A stretch of 64,000 nt of DNA from Arenicellales bacterium (GTDB lineage: Bacteria; Pseudomonadota; Gammaproteobacteria; Arenicellales; JAHEKD01), in contig OZ242007.1 in NCBI GenBank assembly GCA_965204695.1, positions 451,859 to 515,858 on the forward strand, in the 5' to 3' direction. The notes under the pieces are model-generated. The model saw only the letters and a list, made by a program, of their open reading frames with translations. It made no database searches and had not been told where the DNA came from. Positions 27,881-36,571 of the stretch are shown piece by piece (positions within the stretch are counted from its first letter, which is position 1; each line of letters starts with the position of its first letter). The position numbers were made by a program, and so were the translations under genes.

Positions 27881-28882
27881 CTACATATGTGACGACAATG
27901 CGATTTGAGATATGGACAGACCACTACCAGCTCCCATCAACAAGATATTCATTGATTTTATATTACTTATTTTTAATGTTCTACAAAAATTTACCGGCAT
28001 AGTTGCAGAAGCAATATTACCAAGTTTAGGGAAAGTTTTTGACATTCTGTTTTGATCAACTTTTGCCATTTCAGAGAATCTTTGATGTGGCCTTTTTCCA
28101 ACTTGATGTGTAATTAGAAAATCTGGTTTTTCCCAATCCAATTTCTTTAAAGTTTTTCTAAGTAAGCTTTTATGAGTTATAAGCATTCTCGCACATATTT
28201 TGTCCATGATCATCTGACCTGAAAATTCATTTTCTGGAAAATGATAGTGACATAACTTGTAACTTTGACTATCGGATTTCATTTCGAAATGGATGAACTT
28301 CAATCCTACTTCACTTGGATAAGAAGTGATTAACATTGCCCCAGCAGCATCGCCAATTGTTAGTGCACCAAACATACTTTGAAATTTACTATGGTCATGA
28401 TTAATCGAATTGATAGCTAACTTTGTAATATTTGAAGAAATCTCAGCTGTAACTAATAGTATTGAATCAAATCCCCTTTTTATAAACGAGTCAGCAACAA
28501 ACATACCATCTGAGAAACCATGACAAGCATTTGTTATATCAAAGCAAAACCCATTACTACCAATATTGGCCTGGACTATATGTGAAGTACCAGGTTCCAA
28601 GTAATCTCTTTCGATTCCACAATAAATTACACAATCAATTTCGCATGCATCGATGTTATTTTCATATAACAATTTCTCCGCAGCTTTTGATGCCATGAAT
28701 GAATGCTTATTTTCTCTAGAGTTAGCAAATCTTCTTTCAATTATTCCCATTCTTTCGTTAATGAAAGTCCGAGAAACACCAAAATTTGTCTCCGATTTTA
28801 GTTCATCCATTAAATCTTCAGATTTAACTATTTCTCCAGGGATAAATGCACTTGCCGCGTAAATATATGAATTAATTGACAT
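27881..28882 (-). CDS. Stand-alone 3-oxoacyl-ACP synthase III (FabH/KAS III)-family condensing enzyme
   Basis: The Cys-His-Asn triad contexts are 'ITNACHGF', 'ITHQVGKR' and 'LGNIASATMP'. I prefer the ATG at 28882 (GGAGG 8 nt upstream, product about 333 aa) over the TTG at 28984 given in the ORF track. Confidence 0.8.
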   Translation of the reverse strand: MSINSYIYAASAFIPGEIVKSEDLMDELKSETNFGVSRTFINERMGIIERRFANSRENKHSFMASKAAEKLLYENNIDACEIDCVIYCGIERDYLEPGTSHIVQANIGSNGFCFDITNACHGFSDGMFVADSFIKRGFDSILLVTAEISSNITKLAINSINHDHSKFQSMFGALTIGDAAGAMLITSYPSEVGLKFIHFEMKSDSQSYKLCHYHFPENEFSGQMIMDKICARMLITHKSLLRKTLKKLDWEKPDFLITHQVGKRPHQRFSEMAKVDQNRMSKTFPKLGNIASATMPVNFCRTLKISNIKSMNILLMGAGSGLSISQIALSSHM

Positions 28883-29002
28883 TTTAGTAACCTCCAATTT
28901 CAATATTAAATTTCTGTAATCAGAAACAATATCAAAAAAAATTTTTATTGCATCTGAAATTAGATGCTTTAAGTTGTTTTTCAATCTTGATGGCTAGGGG
29001 TT

Positions 29003-29067
29003 GGTGCGTTGCACCCTGGTGGGTACGCAGGTAGGTAAGATATCGCGTACCCACCTTATTTTCTTCT
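29003..29067 (+). terminator. GC-rich double hairpin with a plus-strand T-rich tail, located in the 5' leader region of the KAS III-like gene
   Basis: The first hairpin is GGTGC-GTT-GCACC (29003-29015). The second has GGTGGGTACGC (29018-28) pairing with GCGTACCCACC (29045-55) across a 16-nt loop, followed by TTATTTTCTTCT. No plus-strand gene ends here. Confidence 0.4.
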
Positions 29068-29358
29068 GTAGCTGGAATATTATTATGGCTACTTTGTATT
29101 TAGTTATTAACACCCTCTCTCTAAGTTGCTCATAATATTTACCTATAGGTTGTAGCAACCAGATAAATATACGACATGGATGTCAATGAGCAACTTTGTT
29201 TCCCCTGGTATACAAAGGCGCCACGGATAAAATCACTAACCCCAGTTTAAATTACCGGCAAATAAAGACTACTTAATATTGTGAGAGAAAATTAGGAATT
29301 TAGTAATTTTTTCCAGAAATAATCCAGAACACTTGGCTTTTGTTATTGATCATGGGTG

Positions 29359-29607
29359 TTAATCGTTATTGCTTAGAGCGAGTTGTACACTTTGAATATC
29401 ATCATGCGCTTTACTCTTTTTTACACTAATGATTTCGTTTTCATGCTCGGCAGTTAAATCTGGAAGCTCAGTTCCTTTTTTAAGATGAACAGATTTGATT
29501 TTTATGCGGTATTGACTACCTTCATCTTTTATTATTTCCCCTTTTATGAAGGTGTCTTTGAAAATCGTTAGTTCTGGTTTTGGAACAAAGACTTCTTTGT
29601 TGCTCAT
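29359..29607 (-). CDS. Hypothetical 82-aa soluble protein translationally coupled to paralog C
   Basis: An ATGA overlap with the stop of paralog C lies at 29604-29607. The protein is charged and lysine-rich, and I recognised no motif. Confidence 0.45.
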   Translation of the reverse strand: MSNKEVFVPKPELTIFKDTFIKGEIIKDEGSQYRIKIKSVHLKKGTELPDLTAEHENEIISVKKSKAHDDIQSVQLALSNND

Positions 29608-30545
29608 GACATTTCCTTGGATTTTGTTTTTGCCTTTTGGTTCTCGATCTTATGAATTGATTTAAGTCTATAATCAAGTTTTCCTGGTGTGTAACCCAAC
29701 GCATCCGCTGCCCTTGAAACTTTACCATTGTTCTGTTTAATTGCATCCTCGATATACTTTTTTTCCAAGTTCAAAAGCTGTGATTGAAGATTGATTTTGT
29801 TAGAGCCAGCATATAAAAAGAACATCATATCATGCCTGTTTTTCCATGAAACAGTCCCGGGTATTAGCATCGACAAATCAAAAACACGCTGATTCATACA
29901 AGCATAGATACATCCAGCCAGGAATATAGTCGTCATTATTGGGATAATGACTACAGCATTCATCTTATAACCTAGCGCCATAAAAATAATTATCGTAATC
30001 GCTGATATAACTAATGGTAAAAGCGAAACTAGGATAATGGATGATTTTGCCCGCATAAGCTGATTAGAAGTGCTGTGAGAAAATGTTGCTTTGACAATCC
30101 AGAATAAACAGACAAATAGTTCACTGATGGCGAAAAACTGAAATAAAAAATAAAAATCTCCAGGCACGCGGGTATAAGTATGATGAAGTCTTTTTATATC
30201 TACAATGATTAGATCAGTAAAAATTATTAGAAAAATTACTATAAGTCCAAGCGCATGTAGCAATAATACGTATCTTATTCTCTTGTTCAAAATCAAGGCT
30301 ACCAGATGAGTCGCCAGACCCAGAGAAATTATGACTGAAATAAAATAGAGAATAAATAGCCAAAGCTGATCACCTAATGGTGTGAATAGACAAAATTCAG
30401 TTAAATTCAAAAAACTCAAAGCGGTAACTAGTGCGATTAAAGTAGTATGCGCTACCTTTTGATGCTGCCGAAACACATAAAAAAGAAAATAACACTTAAT
30501 AAGCAAAGCAATCAGGGACGGTATTGATAATAGTGAAAATGACAT
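29604..30545 (-). CDS. Paralog C: 7-TM membrane protein with a C-terminal Fis-type HTH
   Basis: Conserved motifs 'TRVPGDFYFLFQFFA' and 'FFLYAGSN' are present. The C-terminus reads 'LEKKYIEDAIKQNNGKVSRAADALGYTPGKLDYRLKSIHKI'. Confidence 0.6.
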   Translation of the reverse strand: MSFSLLSIPSLIALLIKCYFLFYVFRQHQKVAHTTLIALVTALSFLNLTEFCLFTPLGDQLWLFILYFISVIISLGLATHLVALILNKRIRYVLLLHALGLIVIFLIIFTDLIIVDIKRLHHTYTRVPGDFYFLFQFFAISELFVCLFWIVKATFSHSTSNQLMRAKSSIILVSLLPLVISAITIIIFMALGYKMNAVVIIPIMTTIFLAGCIYACMNQRVFDLSMLIPGTVSWKNRHDMMFFLYAGSNKINLQSQLLNLEKKYIEDAIKQNNGKVSRAADALGYTPGKLDYRLKSIHKIENQKAKTKSKEMS

Positions 30546-30873
30546 ATTCTTTAAAACAACATCATACTATTCAATGGATAAGAATATTCATTATTGATTA
30601 GAGATTAGCTTTTTCTTTTATACCAGCACGAACAATAAAAACATCGTAACTATTTGTTTTTAAACAACTCCTGATTTCAGAAATAACTTTTTTCGTTATT
30701 CTGAATTCAAAATTTAACTTGAATTGCAAAAAATTAACGATATGATTAACGCTCTCTCGCCAAATGTAAGTCACTCGCTTACATAATTTAGGTGTGTCTG
30801 AATAGGCACACCTATTATTTACTTTACATCTAGGAATTCTGAAACAATCTATCCTCATTTTAACCACTATTTT

Positions 30874-31164
30874 CTATAGCCCAATCAACAACTGGTGAAC
30901 CTGATGACACCACTCTAAATCGCCAATTTCAGTCGACGTATTGTCCGAAATGGTGTATTTCTCATCTAACGCCGCTAACCATTGTGGCGAACCTGCAGGC
31001 GGACGACCAGTATTTTGATCAATTAAATTAACCTGCTGCTCAACTTCTATAAACCATTTTTTTGAGCACGGCTCAGGAAACTTATCCTGATAAGTTTGTT
31101 GTGAAGTTGCAACACAACCAGTTAGCACTAATATGCCGGTCAAAAGTTGAATCTTGAAATTCAC
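30874..31164 (-). CDS. Small lipoprotein, hypothetical
   Basis: A lipobox 'LVLTGC' follows a signal peptide. The size is 96 aa. Confidence 0.5.
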   Translation of the reverse strand: MNFKIQLLTGILVLTGCVATSQQTYQDKFPEPCSKKWFIEVEQQVNLIDQNTGRPPAGSPQWLAALDEKYTISDNTSTEIGDLEWCHQVHQLLIGL

Positions 31165-31170
31165 TCAGAG

Positions 31171-31638
31171 CTATCCACGTCCACGATAAGTTGCGACCCC
31201 TTGATCTGGAACCCAAACATCTTCAGGTACTGAACCTGACTGATAAAAAACATCAATAGGCATTCCACCACGTGGATACCAATAACCTCCAATACGTAAC
31301 CAAACTGGGCTCAATGTTTGTTCGAGTCGATTAGCAATTCCAACGGTACAATCTTCATGAAAAGCTCCATGGTTACGAAATGATCCTAAAAATAGCTTTA
31401 ACGACTTACTTTCAACAAGCAGTTGACCTGGAATATAGTCGATAACCAGGTGTGCAAAGTCAGGTTGATAAGTTAGTGGACAAAGCGAAGTAAACTCAGG
31501 TTGCGTGAAGCGCACAACATAGTTAACACCCTGTCTTGGATTTTGTACTGTTTCCAAAATGGCTTCATCTGGTGAATTCGGCAAAGGTGTGTTGGCACCT
31601 AACTGACTGAGATCGTCGTAAATCGTTGAACTTAACAC
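31171..31638 (-). CDS. queF: NADPH-dependent 7-cyano-7-deazaguanine (preQ0) reductase, type I
   Basis: '[23 protein letters not shown]', '[20 protein letters not shown]' and the size of about 155 aa fit type I QueF. It uses a GTG start. Confidence 0.8.
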   Translation of the reverse strand: MLSSTIYDDLSQLGANTPLPNSPDEAILETVQNPRQGVNYVVRFTQPEFTSLCPLTYQPDFAHLVIDYIPGQLLVESKSLKLFLGSFRNHGAFHEDCTVGIANRLEQTLSPVWLRIGGYWYPRGGMPIDVFYQSGSVPEDVWVPDQGVATYRGRG

Positions 31639-31748
31639 TAAGCATACTTTAGTTTTAAAGAGCCAAATTCTAGCGTTTTTTTTGAATTCTTGACAATGAA
31701 AAGGCCAGTACTAGGACTGGCCTTCCCATTTCGTCAACAAGGGGTAGA

Positions 31749-32333
31749 TTACTGACGAACTCCTTCAGCGGTTAACATTAACTCTACTGTTGCCGCGGCT
31801 GGCCCAAGCTGCCCAACCATATCAATACCAAAATCACCCGGTTCAATAGTTGTTCTGCCCTCAAAGCCTTGTCTATAGCCACCCCAGGGGTCATCTCCAC
31901 CGCCTATGTGTTCAACGCTAATAGTGACTTCTTTAGTTACCCCATGCAGAGTTAAATTACCAGTTAAATCCGCAGTATTATCACCGGTCGGTGTGTACGA
32001 GGTGCTTTCAAATGTCGCCGTTGGAAATTGATCTGTATCCAAAAAATCAGATGAACGTAGATGTTTATCACGCTCGGCATGATTAGAATCTAATGATGTG
32101 GTATCAATTTCAACTGAAACTTGACTAGCTGCTGCATCGCCTTCATCGTAGTTAAAATTACCAGAAAACTCGTTAAAACGGCCGTATAACCAGCTATAGC
32201 CCAAATGTTTTACCCTGAACTGAACAAAAGCGTGTGAGCCTTTAGTATCGATGACATAATCTGCTGCCGATGCAACAGAAACGCCTGTTAGTGCAACTAT
32301 TCCGGCAACTGCTGAAATAAAAGTTTTTTTCAT
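31749..32333 (-). CDS. yceI: YceI-family periplasmic polyisoprenoid-binding protein
   Basis: It has a signal peptide and YceI-like motifs ('HLGYSWLYGRF', 'LTLHGVTKEV'). It is adjacent to cytochrome b561, the usual yceI/yceJ pairing. Confidence 0.8.
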   Translation of the reverse strand: MKKTFISAVAGIVALTGVSVASAADYVIDTKGSHAFVQFRVKHLGYSWLYGRFNEFSGNFNYDEGDAAASQVSVEIDTTSLDSNHAERDKHLRSSDFLDTDQFPTATFESTSYTPTGDNTADLTGNLTLHGVTKEVTISVEHIGGGDDPWGGYRQGFEGRTTIEPGDFGIDMVGQLGPAAATVELMLTAEGVRQ

Positions 32334-32354
32334 ATTACTATCCTCAAGTTAATT

Positions 32355-32918
32355 TTAGTTTTCCGCCTTCCCTAACATTCTGAGCAAGGTGGAATCCTTA
32401 TCTATAAAATGATGTTTTAATGCTGCTAATGCATGTAAAGAAGCAAAGCCAATTAAGATATATGCCAAAATTTCGTGAATCTCGCCAACTTTATCTTCTA
32501 AATTTTTAATGCCTAAATCATCACCGGTGACTATTGCCGGCAAACTAAACCAATTAAACACATCCACAGGCTGGCCCTTGGCCGTGGAAATTAAATAGCC
32601 GCTAATAAACATAGCAAACATCCCCAGATATAAGGCCCAGTGAACGATATGCCCAACATTAATTTCCCAGGTTTTATGAGTAGACAAGGGGGCTGGCTGT
32701 GAGTTCACAGATCGCCATATAAGCCGGGCAATTATAAAAATCGCCAGCAACACTCCAATACTTCGGTGTATATCTGGGGCAGTTTTGTACCAATCACTGT
32801 AATAAGTAAGGTCGACCATCCACAGCCCAAGTATAAAGAGTCCAATGATAACAACGGCACTAATCCAATGGAACACACAGGCTAACCAACCATATGCCTG
32901 ATCTGTGTTTCTTAGCAT
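32355..32918 (-). CDS. Cytochrome b561 (CybB/YceJ family)
   Basis: It is a four-TM protein with conserved His residues ('FHWISA', 'HRSIG', 'HWALY', 'HALAALKHH'). Confidence 0.8.
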   Translation of the reverse strand: MLRNTDQAYGWLACVFHWISAVVIIGLFILGLWMVDLTYYSDWYKTAPDIHRSIGVLLAIFIIARLIWRSVNSQPAPLSTHKTWEINVGHIVHWALYLGMFAMFISGYLISTAKGQPVDVFNWFSLPAIVTGDDLGIKNLEDKVGEIHEILAYILIGFASLHALAALKHHFIDKDSTLLRMLGKAEN

Positions 32919-33057
32919 TTATTCTCCATTTAGTGATTTAATGGCACTCAAACTTAAAAGCGTATGAGTTAATAATTATTTTTAACATTTTAGTTTATTC
33001 GTAAATTATGATAAATAAGAAATTTACAAATTTACTATTTAAAAATTACGAATAATT

Positions 33058-33960
33058 ATGGATAAGTTCAAATCTATGACGATTTTTCTCAAAATTGTCG
33101 ATGCAGGTAACTTTACTGAAGCTGCGAAACAATTAAAAGTGCCCTTGGCCAGCGTAAGTTATCACATGAGCAAACTGGAAGAATCTCTTGGTATTCGCTT
33201 ACTAAATCGAACTACCCGTAAAGTTTCACTAACAGATTTAGGGCGCAATTATGCTGAACGTTGCAGATACATACTGGCGGAAGTTGAGGAAACTGAAAAC
33301 ACCTTAAATCAACTGCATAACGAACCAGAAGGCACTTTGAATCTCAATGCTCCGACCTCTTTTGGTACGCTATTTCTGTCAGATTTTATTAGTGAATTCA
33401 TACAACGCTACCCCGGAGTCAAAATCAATTTAACTCTTACCGATAAATTGGTTAATGTCATGGAAGAAGGTGCCGATATTGTTATACGAATATCCAAACC
33501 ATCAGACTCAAGTCTATTGATGCGTAAACTGGCACCCATAAATATTATCTTTTGTGCTAGTCCTGAGTATTTACAACGCCATGGTGAACCTAAAAAACTT
33601 TCTGATTTAACTAAGCACAATTGTCTTAAATATAGTTACTATCAAAGCCAACGCTGGCAGGCAGCGGGACCATATGGCCTTGAAAAAATAAAAACCTCTG
33701 GCAGTTTGCAATCCAATAATGATGAAATACTTAAGATCAGTGCCTGTGCTGGACATGGAATCATCTATATTCCGTCCTATATTGTTTATGAGGAATTACA
33801 ATCAGGCCGCCTAAAACAAATCCTAGTTGACTATCATGAACCAGGCTATTTTATCTACGCACTTTATCCACCTTCACGTAGATTGTCCGCAAAAACTCGT
33901 GTGTTCCTGGACTTTCTAGTGGAAAAGTTTCAAAACACGCCCTATTGGGCTATACATTAA
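33058..33960 (+). CDS. LysR-family transcriptional regulator
   Basis: The N-terminal HTH is 'FTEAAKQLKVPLASVSYHMSKLEESLGIRLLNR'. Confidence 0.9.
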   Translation: MDKFKSMTIFLKIVDAGNFTEAAKQLKVPLASVSYHMSKLEESLGIRLLNRTTRKVSLTDLGRNYAERCRYILAEVEETENTLNQLHNEPEGTLNLNAPTSFGTLFLSDFISEFIQRYPGVKINLTLTDKLVNVMEEGADIVIRISKPSDSSLLMRKLAPINIIFCASPEYLQRHGEPKKLSDLTKHNCLKYSYYQSQRWQAAGPYGLEKIKTSGSLQSNNDEILKISACAGHGIIYIPSYIVYEELQSGRLKQILVDYHEPGYFIYALYPPSRRLSAKTRVFLDFLVEKFQNTPYWAIH

Positions 33961-33963
33961 CTT

Positions 33964-34878
33964 CTAGGCAATTGAACGTGAGTTGACCTCAAGAAAGTCA
34001 GGTGTTTTGGTTAAGCGATTATTACTGCCAACCTGGGTCAACATGTAATCGATTAAATGCTTGAGCGCCTGAGATGTTGAAGATCGATCATACTCTAATG
34101 ATATAAATGTGGCAGGTAATGATGGGAAGCCATTTCCTTGCCCAATCACTTTCAATCCTTTGGGAACAGTGCTTTTTGCTAAAGCGGTAACACCCAAACC
34201 GGCCATGACCGCCGCGCGGATTCCACCATAACTAGTACTGGTATAAACGATTCGCCATGGTGTGTGATGATCATTTAATGTATGAATGATAGTATTCCTA
34301 TAAATGCAACCTTCTGGGGCAACCACTAGCGGCAATGGTGCATCGTTGTTTAATGTATGATCGTCTCCCACCACCCAAACTAACTCTTCATTCCAGCTTT
34401 CTTTATGATTGACTTGCACATCATTTGGCTTATGGATAGCCACGACCATATCCAGATTTTTGTCTTCTAACATTAGCATCAAGTTCGTAGTCAGATCACA
34501 GGTAACCTCCAAAGAAATTTCTGGGTGAGCATTTGAAAATTTACCTAAAATGCCAGGTAAAAATGAAATCGCGAATTCATTAGGAATCCCTAAACGAATA
34601 TGTCCGGTGACTTTAGGCTGAGTTAAGCTGGAAATAGCCTGGTCATTTAACTTCAAAATTTGCTTGGTGTAGCTTAATAGAATCTCACCTTTTTCAGTCA
34701 ACTCCAGTTGGCGACCATTTCGGCTCAACAATTCTCCATCTATAATTTCTTCCAGTCGCTTAATTTGCAGACTAACCGCCGGTTGTGAACGCCCTATTTG
34801 TGAACCCGCTTTGGAAAATCCGCCGAGTTCAGCTACATTCACAAATGTTCGTAATAATTCAGTGGGTAAATTCTTCAT
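33964..34878 (-). CDS. LysR-family transcriptional regulator, divergent from gcvT and a candidate gcv activator
   Basis: The HTH is 'FSKAGSQIGRSQPAVSLQIKRLEE'. It is divergent from the gcv operon. Confidence 0.85.
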   Translation of the reverse strand: MKNLPTELLRTFVNVAELGGFSKAGSQIGRSQPAVSLQIKRLEEIIDGELLSRNGRQLELTEKGEILLSYTKQILKLNDQAISSLTQPKVTGHIRLGIPNEFAISFLPGILGKFSNAHPEISLEVTCDLTTNLMLMLEDKNLDMVVAIHKPNDVQVNHKESWNEELVWVVGDDHTLNNDAPLPLVVAPEGCIYRNTIIHTLNDHHTPWRIVYTSTSYGGIRAAVMAGLGVTALAKSTVPKGLKVIGQGNGFPSLPATFISLEYDRSSTSQALKHLIDYMLTQVGSNNRLTKTPDFLEVNSRSIA

Positions 34879-35020
34879 GCAACATCATCCTCAATTGAAG
34901 TCCATATTATAAATAAAATTAATAAATAAATTGAAACAATTTATTTTTCAAATACGACAAGGTTATTTATATTTACGCCCGACTAAGATACCCTCACTTA
35001 ATGACAAACAAAGGAGTGAA

Positions 35021-36139
35021 ATGAGCAGCGACGAACTGAGATATACCCCGCTTTTTGAGTTGCACCAGCAACTGGGCGGCAAAATGGTACCTTTTGCTGG
35101 CTACTCAATGCCAGTCCAATACCTAACCGGAATCATTAAAGAACATCAGCACTGCCGTGAATCAGCCAGTCTATTTGATGTTTCGCATATGGGACAAGTC
35201 AGGCTTAAAGGTGACAAAGCAGCACAAGCATTAGAATCATTAGTGCCCGTTGATGTTATTGATCTACCCGCTTTCCATCAGCGCTATGCGCTTTTTACTA
35301 ACGAAAATGGCGGGATTCTGGATGATTTAATTATCACAAACGCCGGCGATCACATATTCCTGGTTGTGAACGGTGCTTGTAAAGAGCAAGACATTGCACA
35401 CTTGCAATCAAATCTTGCTGAACACTGTGAGATCGAGGTATTAACTGATCAAGGCTTAGTTGCTTTACAAGGCCCCAAGGCCGGCGATGTAATGAAACGT
35501 CTAGCGCCCGAAGCGGCTGAGTTGGTTTTTATGACAGCTTGCTCTGCCCAAATTGATGGTGTTGATTGTTTTATTACTCGATCAGGCTATACAGGCGAAG
35601 ATGGTTTTGAAATTTCTATGCCGGCAGACAAAGGTGATCAAATTGCCAGATTACTGCTAGACCAACCAGAAGTCGAACCTTGTGGCCTAGGTGCTCGTGA
35701 TTCCCTCAGATTAGAAGCTGGGCTTTGTTTATATGGTCATGATCTGACAACAGAAACGACACCCGTGGAAGCCACTTTATTGTGGGCTCTTTCCAAAGTT
35801 CGCCGTGAAGATGGTGAGCGTGCTGGCGGTTATCCTGGCGCAGAGATTATTTTTGAGCAAATCAAGAATAAATCAAAACAAAAACGCGTCGGTTTACAAC
35901 CTCAAGGTCGAGCGCCCATTCGTGAAGGGGCAGAGATTCAAGGCCCCGATGGTACCATCATTGGTCATGTCACAAGTGGCGGATTTGGCGCTACAATTGG
36001 CGGGCCTGTTGCGATGGGTTATGTTGATCGAGAACATAGCGAAATCGGCACAGAATTAAACGCAATGGTTCGTGGTAAGTTACAACCATTAACCGTTGCA
36101 AAATTACCTTTTGTTACACAACGTTATTATCGAGGATAA
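35021..36139 (+). CDS. gcvT: Glycine cleavage system T protein (aminomethyltransferase)
   Basis: 'TPLFELHQQLGGKMVPFAGYSMPVQY' is a typical GcvT N-terminus. I chose the ATG at 35021, which has AAGGAG upstream; the ORF-track start at 34931 is probably too long. Confidence 0.9.
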   Translation: MSSDELRYTPLFELHQQLGGKMVPFAGYSMPVQYLTGIIKEHQHCRESASLFDVSHMGQVRLKGDKAAQALESLVPVDVIDLPAFHQRYALFTNENGGILDDLIITNAGDHIFLVVNGACKEQDIAHLQSNLAEHCEIEVLTDQGLVALQGPKAGDVMKRLAPEAAELVFMTACSAQIDGVDCFITRSGYTGEDGFEISMPADKGDQIARLLLDQPEVEPCGLGARDSLRLEAGLCLYGHDLTTETTPVEATLLWALSKVRREDGERAGGYPGAEIIFEQIKNKSKQKRVGLQPQGRAPIREGAEIQGPDGTIIGHVTSGGFGATIGGPVAMGYVDREHSEIGTELNAMVRGKLQPLTVAKLPFVTQRYYRG

Positions 36140-36144
36140 GTTTT

Positions 36145-36519
36145 ATGACTACCAAATACACAGAAGATCACGAATGGATTAGCGTAGACGGCGATTCAGC
36201 TACTGTCGGCATCACAGATTACGCACAAGAACAATTGGGCGAAGTGGTTTTTATCGAGTTACCTGACATTGACAAAGATGTGGCTAAAGGTGATGAATCA
36301 GCAGTGATCGAATCTGTTAAAGCGGCTGGCGAATTAAAAAGTCCAGCTAGTGGAACAGTCACTGCAGTGAACGAATTATTGAATGACGAACCAGGCAAAG
36401 TCAACGAAGACCCTGCAGGTGATGGCTGGTTTTTCAAGATGAAGATTAGTGATGCCAGTGAATTAGATGGATTAATGGATCAATCTGCCTATGATGCCTA
36501 CGTTGAATCTTTAGGCTAA
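36145..36519 (+). CDS. gcvH: Glycine cleavage system H protein
   Basis: The lipoyl-lysine context is 'ESVKAAGEL'. The size is 124 aa. Confidence 0.95.
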   Translation: MTTKYTEDHEWISVDGDSATVGITDYAQEQLGEVVFIELPDIDKDVAKGDESAVIESVKAAGELKSPASGTVTAVNELLNDEPGKVNEDPAGDGWFFKMKISDASELDGLMDQSAYDAYVESLG

Positions 36520-36571
36520 ACAATATCGTTCACACATTTACTTAACCCATCCTTACACTTTAGGAGCCGTA

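Noticed and set aside
30598-30867. An 89-aa Cys- and Lys-rich ORF upstream of paralog C.
   Set aside because: It has no RBS and an odd, low-complexity composition in AT-rich promoter DNA, and I recognised no motif. It is more likely the promoter and leader of paralog C. It contains a 7-bp hairpin, AGGTGTG/CACACCT, at about 30790-30813.
34879-35020. A possible glycine riboswitch upstream of gcvT.
   Set aside because: The leader is AT-rich. It lacks the GGAGAG...CACCG/ACCGAAGGGGCAA-type conserved cores and shows no tandem aptamer structure.
34931-35020. Long N-terminal extensions given by the ORF track for gcvT (34931), aapJ (41930), aapP (45345) and the KAS III-like gene (28984).
   Set aside because: Internal ATGs with good Shine-Dalgarno sequences give products that start at the conserved family N-termini or signal peptides. 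The extensions overlap upstream genes or use TTG without an RBS.
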